The position numbers were made by a program, and so were the translations under genes. Under the pieces are notes generated by a model that saw only the letters and a program-made list of their open reading frames with translations, was not told the DNA's origin and ran no database searches. A stretch of DNA of 37,412 nucleotides from Rhynchopus sp. YZ270_cl-10 (Eukaryota): the NCBI GenBank assembly GCA_964035575.1, contig OZ037835.1, positions 2,232,001-2,269,412 on the forward strand, in the 5' to 3' direction. Of the stretch, positions 20,606 to 32,707 are shown in pieces; position 1 is the first letter of the stretch; every line of letters starts with the position of its first letter.

Positions 20606-21151
20606 ATGGGTAACATTACCTCTGCACTGACAACTCTCTTTGCAGGGAAGAAGAATGTGAAGATGCTGATGGTGGGGCTCGATGCTTCTGGCAAGACCAC
20701 TGTGCTGTACAAGCTGAAGTTAGGGGATTTGATCACATCCATACCGACGATCGGGTTCAATGTGGAGACAGTGGAGTACAAGAACCTCAAGTTCACTATG
20801 TGGGACGTTGGTGGCCAGGACAAGCTGAGACCGCTGTGGCGCCACTACTTTGAGGGGACTGATGGCATTATATTTGTTGTTGACAGCAACGACAGGGACA
20901 GAATTTCTCTTGCACGTGATGAGCTGCACAAGCTGGCAACAGATGATGCCCTCCGTGATGCAACACTTCTTGTGCTTGCAAACAAACAGGATCTTCCAAA
21001 GGCGATGACCCCAGCTGAAATGACTGACAAACTTGGGCTGCACTCTCTAAGGCTCCGGGAGTGGTACATCCAGGGAAGTTGCGCTGCAACTGGTGAAGGT
21101 TTGTATGAAGGACTTGACTGGCTGTCATCCTCCATGAAGTCAAGAAACTAG
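20606..21151 (+). CDS. ARF: ADP-ribosylation factor family small GTPase (Arf1-like), 181 aa, intronless
   Basis: Gly2 myristoylation site, [42 protein letters not shown]. Confidence 0.97.
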   Translation: MGNITSALTTLFAGKKNVKMLMVGLDASGKTTVLYKLKLGDLITSIPTIGFNVETVEYKNLKFTMWDVGGQDKLRPLWRHYFEGTDGIIFVVDSNDRDRISLARDELHKLATDDALRDATLLVLANKQDLPKAMTPAEMTDKLGLHSLRLREWYIQGSCAATGEGLYEGLDWLSSSMKSRN

Positions 21152-21559
21152 GGTTTTTTAAAGGATATAGGGAGGAAATACAAAAACTGAGACTGGGGAG
21201 GGACGACAAGACACATCTAGCCTGTCATGTCAATGTTTTCTTCAAATACAGAGATATGAAAACAAATGCTCCAACAAAAACAAAAAAGGAATGTTCAATC
21301 AAACCCAATGCACCCGTATTTTTGCTTTATCACTTGTCTAAAATCTATTCCTTTATTCCTTCCATAATCTTTTGCCAACATACCCACACGCCAACATCAG
21401 CTTCTACTTTCCAACATCATACTACAACATGCAAATATACAAGGTGAGGAATTCTGACCGCCCTGCTTAATAGAGACTGAGATACAGTAGTGTATCACAC
21501 ATGTTGGACTGGTGCACAAGGGTTCTGGGGGAACCCCACGTACTATGAGTTTACACAGT

Positions 21560-21832
21560 AATTCCCTGTGTATGACCCTGTAAGGGTACCCACAGACCTC
21601 AGTAGGCCAAGTAAATTGATGTCTACTATGTATTTTTGGGCCCACGACCACCATACTTTGACGCCATTGCTCCGATGAAGCCACTACAGTAAGCCATTTG
21701 AAAACATGTTTTTGGCCATTTTGGGATTTATGGACAGAAATGTTGACAAATCTGTCCATAAATTCCGTTCTGTCCATAAAAGCCAGGATCCTGGCCAAAA
21801 ATCCCTGTATTGAAAATACAGGGATTTTTGGC
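21560..21832. repeat. Hairpin-bearing ~270-bp module, copy D (same orientation as A and B)
   Basis: Colinear with 5650-5920; 18-bp stem at 21794-21832; palindrome gccaggatcctggc at 21782-21795. Confidence 0.92.
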
Positions 21833-21839
21833 TTTGCTC

Positions 21840-24130
21840 CACACAGTGTACACAGAGCACTACACAGTGTACACAGTATACACAGGACAAAATATTGCTA
21901 ATATATGTTAAGATTATTATTCCTATGGTGACGACACTCCTACAAACCCACTGACCAACCATAAAAGGCAAGGGTTGCTGGTACACACAGTATACACAGT
22001 GTAAACAGTGTACACAGTGTACACAGTGTAAACACTGTACACAGTGTACACAGTGTAAACACAGTACACAGTATACACAGCATACACAGGACAAAATATT
22101 GCTAATATATGTTAAGATTATTATTCCTATGGTGACGGCACTCCTACAAACCCACTGACCAACCATAAAAGGCAAGGGTTGCTGGTATACACAGTGTAAA
22201 CAGTGTACACAGTGTACACAGTGTACACACTGTACCCAGTATACACAGTTTTCACAGGACAAAATATTGCTAATATATGTTAAGATTATTATTCCTATGG
22301 TGACGGCACTCCTACAAACCCACTGACCAACCATAAAAGGCAAGGGTTGCTGGTACACACAGTGTAAACAGTGTAAACAGTGTACACAGTGTACACAGTG
22401 TAAACACTGTACACAGTATACACAGTATACACAGGACAAAATATTGCTAATATATGTTAAGATTATTATTCCTATGGTGACGGCACTCCTACAAACCCAC
22501 TGACCAACCATAAAAGGCAAGGGTTGCTGGTACACACAGTGTAAACAGTGTAAACAGTGTACACAGTGTGCACAGTGTAAACACTGTACACAGTATACAC
22601 AGTATACACAGGACAAAATATTGTTAATATATGTTAAGATTATTATTCCTATGGTGACGACACTCCCACAAACCCACTGACCAACCATAAAAGGCAAGGG
22701 TTGCTGGAAAACACAGTGTAAACAGTGTAAACAGTGTACACAGTGTACACACTATAAACACTGTACACAGTGTAGACAGTATACACAGGACAAAATATTG
22801 CTAATATATGTTAAGATTATTATTCCTATGGTGACGACACTCCTACAAACCCACTGACCAACCATAAAAGGCAAGGGTTGCTGGAAAACACAGTGTAAAC
22901 AGTGTAAACAGTGTACACAGTGTACACACTATAAACACTGTACACAGTGTAGACAGTATACACAGGACAAAATATTGCTAATATATGTTAAGATTATTAT
23001 TCCTATGGTGACGACACTCCTACAAACCCACTGACCAACCATAAAAGGCAAGGGTTGCTGGAAAACACAGTGTAAACAGTGTAAACAGTGTACACAGTGT
23101 ACACACTATAAACACTGTACACAGTATACACAGTATACACAGGACAAAATATTGCTAATATATGTTAAGATTAATATTCCTATGGTGACGGCACTCCTAC
23201 AAATCCACTGACCAAGCATAAAAGGCAAGGGTTGCTGGAAAACACAGTGTAAACAGTGTAAACAGTGTACACAGTGTACACACTATAAACACTGTACACA
23301 GTATACACAGTATACACAGGACAAAATATTGCTAATATATGTTAAGATTAATATTCCTATGGTGACGGCACTCCTACAAATCCACTGACCAAGCATAAAA
23401 GGCAAGGGTTGCTGGAAAACACAGTGTAAACAGTGTAAACAGTGTACACAGTGTACACAGTATACACAGGACAAAATATTGCTAATATATGTTAAGATTA
23501 TTATTCCTATGGTGACGACACTCCTACAAACCCACTGACCAACCATAAAAGGCAAGGGTTGCTGGTACACACAGTGTAAACAGTGTAAACAGTGTACACA
23601 GTGTACATAGTGTACACAGTGTACACAGTGTACACACTATAAACACTGTACACAGTATACACAGTTTTCACAGGACAAAATATTGCTAATATATGTTAAG
23701 ATTATTATTCCTATGGTGACGGCACTCCTACAAACCCACTGACCAACCATAAAAGGCAAGGGTTGCTGGAAAACACAGTGTAAACAGTGTAAACAGTGTA
23801 CACAGTGTACACAGTGTAAATGCTGTACACAGTATACACAGTATACACAGGACAAAATATTGCTAATATATGTTAAGATTATTATTCCTATGGTGACGGC
23901 ACTCCTACAAACCCACTGACCAACCATAAAAGGCAAGGGTTGCTGGTACACACAGTATACACAGTGTACACAGTGTATACAGTGTACACAGTGTAAACAC
24001 TGTACACAGTATACACAGCATACACAGGACAAAATATTGCTAATATATGTTAAGATTATTATTCCTATGGTGACGGCACTCCTACAAACCCACTGACCAA
24101 CCATAATAGCTATGGGTTGCAGGTTTTCAC
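21840..24130 (+). repeat. Tandem satellite, 13 units, modal period 177 bp, with internal 9-bp subrepeats
   Basis: ggacaaaatattg recurs at 21885, 22089, 22257, 22434, 22611, 22788, 22965, 23142, 23319, 23469, 23673, 23850 and 24027. Periods are 150, 168, 177 or 204. Confidence 0.97.
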
Positions 24131-24133
24131 AGT

Positions 24134-24330
24134 GACCCGCACGACCCCCACGACCCACATAACCCCCACGAGCCCCATGACCCCCACAACCCCCACGACC
24201 CCCACGACCCCCACGACCCCCACGACCCCCACGACCCCCACGACCCCCACGACCCGCACGACCCCCCCAACCCCCACGACCCCCATGACCCCCACAACCC
24301 GCAAACCCCCACAACCCCCATAACCCGCCA
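24134..24330 (+). repeat. (CCCCACGAC)n 9-bp minisatellite
   Basis: Read directly; about 20 imperfect units. Confidence 0.9.
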
Positions 24331-24374
24331 CCTTGCCATCCATTTGACCTGAAACCCGGTAATATATATAGTGT

Positions 24375-24558
24375 AACCCGCAAACCCGCAAACCCGCAAA
24401 CCCGCAAACCCGCAAACCCGCAAACCCGCAAACCCGCAAACCCGCAAACCCGCAAACCCGCAAACCCGCAAACCCGCAAACCCGCAAACCCGTAAACCCG
24501 CAAACCCGCAAACCCGCAAACCCGCAAACCCGCAAACCCGCAAACCCGCAAACCCGCA
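24375..24558 (+). repeat. (AAACCCGC)n array, 23 units
   Basis: 184 bp; variant T at 24493. Confidence 0.98.
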
Positions 24559-27500
24559 CTAGAAGAAAGCTCGCTAAAATGTGGCAGGATGGTGTGGTTG
24601 TGAGGTATATGGCTCCGCCGCGAATTAATGTTGAAAAGATTAGTATCATTCAGCAAATGCAGAAATGATGTGCCTATTCATTCATAGAAAACCTGAAATG
24701 ACACGGAAAAGTCGAAAAAATGAGGGAGGATGTAGTTTTGAGGCACGTTGCTACGCCGCGAATTATTGATACATGCTGCTGACATGACTGATACAGTAAA
24801 AGATTATCAGAAAAGGTCACTGAAATGTAGCAGGATTTACCCACTAAATATTTGGACAAAAACTGCTAAATTTAGCAGTTTAGCAGTGTGTTTAAGGAAG
24901 GATATTTTGCTCCGCCGCTAATATTGACACATAAGAGACTGTGGTTGTTAAGCTGTTTGGATCCGCCGCAAAATTACTCACAGGGATAAGAAAGCTCGCC
25001 AACATGTAGCAAGCTTGTCTGGTTGTGGTGTGGTTGCTCCGCCGCTATTAATTTTTCAGGTTTGCATGACTATAAGAAAGTTTGCACAGTTTGCACAATG
25101 TTATTTACTATCATCTCCGGGGAAGACTGCTACCAGTGTCAAAATAATGGTACTTGTGTGCTTGGCTATTTTCCACACATCTTAACGTAAGGAAGGCACG
25201 TTTATTTTGAGACTTCCCATGTTTGACAAAGTTGTGTGGCAAGCGATAATCGTTGTGCTTCCAATGAACAACGACACTGTTCTAAATACTGACTTGTGCT
25301 GGGAAGCCTGTCATCAATGTCAAAAATATGGTGGTTTTCTGTTTTCTAAAATCATGTAAAAACTGATACATGCATTTTAAGTCAAAAATACCCATTTCTC
25401 AGTGCAAATTGACCCCACCACAGCACGCACAGACTCCAGAGACCCAAAATCAAAATTTTTTTTTTTTGATTTTTTGTAGGCAAAAATTGCTTGGAAAATT
25501 TTTTGGTCAAAAATCCTGGTTTTTGGGGTATCATACATGTGTATGACCAATTTTCAGGTGGTCAAAAGTGGTGTCTGACCCCCATGTCCAGGTTATGGAA
25601 ATGTCCTATGAAGCCATTGCGAAGGAATTTGGTACTTTTGAGCATTGCACATTATGTACTGACCAAAAAACCCACACAATACCCCAAAAACACCAAAAAT
25701 CATGTAAAAACTGAAACATGAATTTTAGGTCAAAAATACCCATTTCTCAGCGCAAATTGACCCCATCACAGCACACACAGACTCCGGAGAGCCAAAATCA
25801 AAAATTTTTTTTTTCGATTTTTTGTAGGCAAAAATTGCTGGGAAAAATTTTTTGGTCAAAATCCTGGTTTTTGGGGTCTCATACGTGTGTATGACCAAAT
25901 TTTAGCTGCTCTAATGTGGTGTCTGACCCCCATGTTCAGGTTATGGAAATGTCCTATGAAGCGATTGTCGAAGGAATTTTGTACTTTTGAGCATTGCACA
26001 TTATGTACTGACCAAAAAACCCACCTAAAACCCCCAAAACACCAAAAATCATGTAAAAACTGATACATGCATTTTAGGTCAAAAATACCCATTTCTCAGC
26101 GCAAATTGACCCCATCACAGCACACACAGACTCCGGAGACCCAAAATCAAAAATATTTTTTTTCGATTTTTTGTAGGCAAAAATTGCTGGGAAAAATTTT
26201 TTGGTCAAAATCCTGGTTTTTGGGGTCTCACACATGTGTATTACCAAATTTTAGGTGGTCAAAAGTTGAGTCTGACCCCCATGTCCAGGTTATGGAAATG
26301 TCCTATGAAGCGATTGTCGAAGGAATTTTGTACTTTTGAGCATCAGAAATTAGGTACTGACCAAAAAACCCACCTAAAACCCCAAAAACACCAAAAATCA
26401 TGTAAAAACTGATACATGCATTTTAGGTCAAAAATACCCATTTCTCAGCGCAAATTGACCCCATCACAGCACACACAGACTCCGGAGAGCCAAAATCAAA
26501 AATTTTTTTTTTCGATTTTTTGTAGGCAAAAATTGCTGGGAAAAATTTTTTGGTCAAAATCCTGGTTTTTGGGGTCTCATACGTGTGTATGACCAAATTT
26601 TAGCTGCTCTAATGTGGTGTCTGACCCCCATGTTCAGGTTATGGAAATGTCCTATGAAGCGATTGTCGAAGGAATTTTGTACTTTTGAGCATTGCACATT
26701 ATGTACTGACCAAAAAACCCACCTAAAACCCCCAAAACACCAAAAATCATGTAAAAACTGATACATGCATTTTAGGTCAAAAATACCCATTTCTCAGCGC
26801 AAATTGACCCCATCACAGCACACACAGACTCCGGAGACCCAAAATCAAAAATATTTTTTTTCGATTTTTTGTAGGCAAAAATTGCTGGGAAAAATTTTTT
26901 GGTCAAAATCCTGGTTTTTGGGGTCTCACACATGTGTATTACCAAATTTTAGGTGGTCAAAAGTTGAGTCTGACCCCCATGTTCAGGTTATGGAAATGTC
27001 CTATGAAGCGATTGTCGAAGGAATTTTGTACTTTTGAGCATTGCACATTATGTACTGACCAAAAAACCCACCTAAAACCCCCAAAACACCAAAAATCATG
27101 TAAAAACTGATACATGCATTTTAGGTCAAAAATACCCATTTCTCAGCGCAAATTGACCCCATCACTGCACGCACAGACTCCGGAGAGCCAAAATCAAAAT
27201 TTTTTTTTTTCGATTTTTTGTAGGCAAAAATTGGTGGGAAAATTTTTTTTGGTCAAAAATCCTGGTTTTTGGGTCTCATACATGTGTATGACCAAATTTC
27301 AGGTGGTCAAAAGTGGAGTCTGACCCCCATGTCCAGGTTATGGAAATGTCCTATGAAGCCATTGCCGAAGGAATTTTGTACTTTTGAGCATCAGAAATTA
27401 GGTACTGACCAAAAAACCCACCTAAAACCCAAAAACACCAAAAATCATGTAAAAACTGATACATGCATTTTAGGTCAAAAATACCCATTTCTCAGCGCAA

Positions 27501-28366
27501 ATTGACCCCACCACAGCACGCACAGACTCCGGAGAGCCAAAATCAAAAAATTTTTTTTTCGATTTTTTGTAGGCAAAAATTGCTGGGAAAAATTTTTTGG
27601 TCAAAATCCTGGTTTTTGGGGTCTCATACATGTGTATGACCAAATTTTAGGTGGTCAAAAGTGGAGTCTGACCCCCATGTCCAGGTTATGGAAATGTCAT
27701 ATGAAGCCATTGCTGAAGGAATTTTGCACTTTTGCGCATCAACAATTATGTACTGGGCATTTTTCCCACACAAATTTGACCCAGTACTCAAGGTCAATTT
27801 GACCTTGGTTCTTCTCTCAGGGTCTTCTGACCAATTTTTAACATGTCTAAAATGGTATCTGACCCCCATGTCCAGGTCATAAAAACGCCCAATCAGTCCA
27901 TTAAAGCCACAGATTTGATGTTTTGAGTAGTTGTGGTTAAATGTGGCCCAATTTTCCCAGCCAAAAAATGACCCCAAAAATCACGAAAAAAAATATTTTA
28001 AAGCCGATACACTTACACACCTAAATTTGGCCCAATATGTCCAATGTGGTCCTCCAGGGTTGCAATGGCCTCATTTTATGGGCATACTGGCCATATTTCA
28101 TACTTATGTCACATTTTGAAATTTTCGTCACATACAATACACACACCTTAGAACCACAAAATATCGTCAATTCCTTCACAAAAATAGCCGTGAAATGCCG
28201 CACCCATTTTAGGTATCTTCAGAAAATGCTAACATCCAAACCCAGTACATTACGTCGTTTTTGGGCCCCAATCTACCGGAGTGTATTATCAGAAATACTG
28301 GGACCACGCGATCCAGCAATCCTGCAGCGTCGCCATTTTGTACCCCTCAAACCCGTAATAACTAGA
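24559..28366 (-). mobile_element. Putative non-autonomous Helitron-like unit, 3808 bp
   Basis: Minus strand reads TCTAGTTATTACGGG...CTTCTAG. Near-identical to 28791-32249 apart from one extra 349-bp monomer. Confidence 0.6.
25348..27757 (+). repeat. 349-bp satellite, ~7 monomers
   Basis: aaaatcatgtaaaaactga recurs about every 349 bp. Identical ORFs lie 698 bp apart (25856/26554, 26067/26765). Confidence 0.96.
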
Positions 28367-28790
28367 AACCCGCAAACCCGCAAACCCGCAAACCCGCAAA
28401 CCCGCAAACCCGCAAACCCGCAAACCCGCAAACCCGCAAACCCGCAAACCCGCAAACCCGCAAACCCGCAAACCCGCAAACCCGCAAACCCGCAAACCCG
28501 CAAACCCGCAAACCCGCAAACCCGCAAACCCGCAAACCCGCAAACCCGCAAACCCGCAAACCCGCAAACCCGCAAACCCGCAAACCCGCAAACCCGCAAA
28601 CCCGCAAACCCGCAAACCCGCAAACCCGCAAACCCGCAAACCCGCAAACCCGCAAACCCGCAAACCCGCAAACCCGCAAACCCGCAAACCCGCAAACCCG
28701 CAAACCCGCAAACCCGCAAACCCGTAAACCCGCAAACCCGCAAACCCGCAAACCCGCAAACCCGCAAACCCGCAAACCCGCAAACCCGCA
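28367..28790 (+). repeat. (AAACCCGC)n array, 53 units
   Basis: 424 bp; variant T at 28725. Confidence 0.98.
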
Positions 28791-31700
28791 CTAGAAGAAA
28801 GCTCGCTAAAATGTGGCAGGATGGTGTGGTTGTGAGGTATATGGCTCCGCCGCGAATTAATGTTGAAAAGATTAGTATCATTCAGCAAATGCAGAAATGA
28901 TGTGCCTATTCATTCATAGAAAACCTGAAATGACACGGAAAAGTCGAAAAAATGAGGGAGGATGTAGTTTTGAGGCACGTTGCTACGCCGCGAATTATTG
29001 ATACATGCTGCTGACATGACTGATACAGTAAAAGATTATCAGAAAAGGTCACTGAAATGTAGCAGGATTTACCCACTAAATATTTGGACAAAAACTGCTA
29101 AATTTAGCAGTTTAGCAGTGTGTTTAAGGAAGGATATTTTGCTCCGCCGCTAATATTGACACATAAGAGACTGTGGTTGTTAAGCTGTTTGGATCCGCCG
29201 CAAAATTACTCACAGGGATAAGAAAGCTCGCCAACATGTAGCAAGCTTGTCTGGTTGTGGTGTGGTTGCTCCGCCGCTATTAATTTTTCAGGTTTGCATG
29301 ACTATAAGAAAGTTTGCACAGTTTGCACAATGTTATTTACTATCATCTCCGGGGAAGACTGCTACCAGTGTCAAAATAATGGTACTTGTGTGCTTGGCTA
29401 TTTTCCACACATCTTAACGTAAGGAAGGCACGTTTATTTTGAGACTTCCCATGTTTGACAAAGTTGTGTGGCAAGCGATAATCGTTGTGCTTCCAATGAA
29501 CAACGACACTGTTCTAAATACTGACTTGTGCTGGGAAGCCTGTCATCAATGTCAAAAATATGGTGGTTTTCTGTTTTCTAAAATCATGTAAAAACTGATA
29601 CATGCATTTTAAGTCAAAAATACCCATTTCTCAGTGCAAATTGACCCCACCACAGCACGCACAGACTCCAGAGACCCAAAATCAAAATTTTTTTTTTTTG
29701 ATTTTTTGTAGGCAAAAATTGCTTGGAAAATTTTTTGGTCAAAAATCCTGGTTTTTGGGGTATCATACATGTGTATGACCAATTTTCAGGTGGTCAAAAG
29801 TGGTGTCTGACCCCCATGTCCAGGTTATGGAAATGTCCTATGAAGCCATTGCGAAGGAATTTGGTACTTTTGAGCATTGCACATTATGTACTGACCAAAA
29901 AACCCACACAATACCCCAAAAACACCAAAAATCATGTAAAAACTGAAACATGAATTTTAGGTCAAAAATACCCATTTCTCAGCGCAAATTGACCCCATCA
30001 CAGCACACACAGACTCCGGAGAGCCAAAATCAAAAATTTTTTTTTTCGATTTTTTGTAGGCAAAAATTGCTGGGAAAAATTTTTTGGTCAAAATCCTGGT
30101 TTTTGGGGTCTCATACGTGTGTATGACCAAATTTTAGCTGCTCTAATGTGGTGTCTGACCCCCATGTTCAGGTTATGGAAATGTCCTATGAAGCGATTGT
30201 CGAAGGAATTTTGTACTTTTGAGCATTGCACATTATGTACTGACCAAAAAACCCACCTAAAACCCCCAAAACACCAAAAATCATGTAAAAACTGATACAT
30301 GCATTTTAGGTCAAAAATACCCATTTCTCAGCGCAAATTGACCCCATCACAGCACACACAGACTCCGGAGACCCAAAATCAAAAATATTTTTTTTCGATT
30401 TTTTGTAGGCAAAAATTGCTGGGAAAAATTTTTTGGTCAAAATCCTGGTTTTTGGGGTCTCACACATGTGTATTACCAAATTTTAGGTGGTCAAAAGTTG
30501 AGTCTGACCCCCATGTTCAGGTTATGGAAATGTCCTATGAAGCGATTGTCGAAGGAATTTTGTACTTTTGAGCATCAGAAATTAGGTACTGACCAAAAAA
30601 CCCACCTAAAACCCCAAAAACACCAAAAATCATGTAAAAACTGATACATGCATTTTAGGTCAAAAATACCCATTTCTCAGCGCAAATTGACCCCATCACA
30701 GCACACACAGACTCCGGAGACCCAAAATCAAAAATATTTTTTTTCGATTTTTTGTAGGCAAAAATTGCTGGGAAAAATTTTTTGGTCAAAATCCTGGTTT
30801 TTGGGGTCTCACACATGTGTATTACCAAATTTTAGGTGGTCAAAAGTTGAGTCTGACCCCCATGTTCAGGTTATGGAAATGTCCTATGAAGCGATTGTCG
30901 AAGGAATTTTGTACTTTTGAGCATTGCACATTATGTACTGACCAAAAAACCCACCTAAAACCCCCAAAACACCAAAAATCATGTAAAAACTGATACATGC
31001 ATTTTAGGTCAAAAATACCCATTTCTCAGCGCAAATTGACCCCATCACTGCACGCACAGACTCCGGAGAGCCAAAATCAAAATTTTTTTTTTTCGATTTT
31101 TTGTAGGCAAAAATTGGTGGGAAAATTTTTTTTGGTCAAAAATCCTGGTTTTTGGGTCTCATACATGTGTATGACCAAATTTCAGGTGGTCAAAAGTGGA
31201 GTCTGACCCCCATGTCCAGGTTATGGAAATGTCCTATGAAGCCATTGCCGAAGGAATTTTGTACTTTTGAGCATCAGAAATTAGGTACTGACCAAAAAAC
31301 CCACCTAAAACCCAAAAACACCAAAAATCATGTAAAAACTGATACATGCATTTTAGGTCAAAAATACCCATTTCTCAGCGCAAATTGACCCCACCACAGC
31401 ACGCACAGACTCCGGAGAGCCAAAATCAAAAAATTTTTTTTTCGATTTTTTGTAGGCAAAAATTGCTGGGAAAAATTTTTTGGTCAAAATCCTGGTTTTT
31501 GGGGTCTCATACATGTGTATGACCAAATTTTAGGTGGTCAAAAGTGGAGTCTGACCCCCATGTCCAGGTTATGGAAATGTCATATGAAGCCATTGCTGAA
31601 GGAATTTTGCACTTTTGCGCATCAACAATTATGTACTGGGCATTTTTCCCACACAAATTTGACCCAGTACTCAAGGTCAATTTGACCTTGGTTCTTCTCT

Positions 31701-32249
31701 CAGGGTCTTCTGACCAATTTTTAACATGTCTAAAATGGTATCTGACCCCCATGTCCAGGTCATAAAAACGCCCAATCAGTCCATTAAAGCCACAGATTTG
31801 ATGTTTTGAGTAGTTGTGGTTAAATGTGGCCCAATTTTCCCAGCCAAAAAATGACCCCAAAAATCACGAAAAAAAATATTTTAAAGCCGATACACTTACA
31901 CACCTAAATTTGGCCCAATATGTCCAATGTGGTCCTCCAGGGTTGCAATGGCCTCATTTTATGGGCATACTGGCCATATTTCATACTTATGTCACATTTT
32001 GAAATTTTCGTCACATACAATACACACACCTTAGAACCACAAAATATCGTCAATTCCTTCACAAAAATAGCCGTGAAATGCCGCACCCATTTTAGGTATC
32101 TTCAGAAAATGCTAACATCCAAACCCAGTACATTACGTCGTTTTTGGGCCCCAATCTACCGGAGTGTATTATCAGAAATACTGGGACCACGCGATCCAGC
32201 AATCCTGCAGCGTCGCCATTTTGTACCCCTCAAACCCGTAATAACTAGA
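28791..32249 (-). mobile_element. Putative non-autonomous Helitron-like unit, 3459 bp
   Basis: Same ends as 24559-28366; length differs by exactly 349 bp. Confidence 0.6.
29580..31640 (+). repeat. 349-bp satellite, ~6 monomers
   Basis: Same monomer; identical ORFs at 30299 and 30648. Confidence 0.96.
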
Positions 32250-32497
32250 AACCCGCAAACCCGCAAACCCGCAAACCCGCAAACCCGCAAACCCGCAAAC
32301 CCGCAAACCCGCAAACCCGCAAACCCGCAAACCCGCAAACCCGCAAACCCGCAAACCCGCAAACCCGCAAACCCGCAAACCCGCAAACCCGCAAACCCGC
32401 AAACCCGCAAACCCGCAAACCCGCAAACCCGCAAACCCGCAAACCCGCAAACCCGCAAACCCGCAAACCCGCAAACCCGCAAACCCGCAAACCCGCA
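32250..32497 (+). repeat. (AAACCCGC)n array, 31 units
   Basis: 248 bp, read directly. Confidence 0.98.
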
Positions 32498-32707
32498 CAA
32501 GAAGAAAGCTCGCTAAAATGTAGGAGGCTGGTGTGGTTGTGAACAGAACTTATTTTTTATTGTCTGAAGGTTTTGCATTTTTACAAATGTGAATGCCGAA
32601 AAAATTGAATAGAAAAATGAATTAAACTTGGCTCACCCCTCATTTCTCTTTTCATAGCACTTTTGTACTCACACACCAAAAACAGGTGAACTATTTCTCA
32701 AAAAACT

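Larger units (their letters stand above)
5102..24374 (-). mobile_element. Putative large autonomous Helitron (~19.3 kb) with cargo genes
   Basis: Contains the intact RepHel ORF and lies between two AAACCCGC arrays. The left end is CTCG on the minus strand. The right end is a degenerate version of the shared end motif (aaacccggtaatatatatagtgt). Boundaries are inferred. Confidence 0.55.

Noticed and set aside
6230..21151. Endogenous giant virus or Polinton as the source of actin, Arf and OTU
   Set aside because: No capsid, packaging ATPase, DNA polymerase B or integrase in the window; the replication gene is a canonical Helitron RepHel.
21840..24130. CRISPR-like repeat/spacer appearance
   Set aside because: The constant part is ~100 bp, the variable parts are 9-mer tandem repeats rather than unique spacers, there are no cas genes, and the context is eukaryotic.
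21684..24656. Cys/His-rich repeat ORFs (CVHCVHCLH) resembling metal-binding proteins
   Set aside because: Produced by the 9-bp subrepeats of the 177-bp satellite; interrupted by stops in several units.
25491..31860. Recurrent 60-117-aa ORFs in the 349-bp satellite
   Set aside because: They recur only because the DNA is repeated; no protein features.
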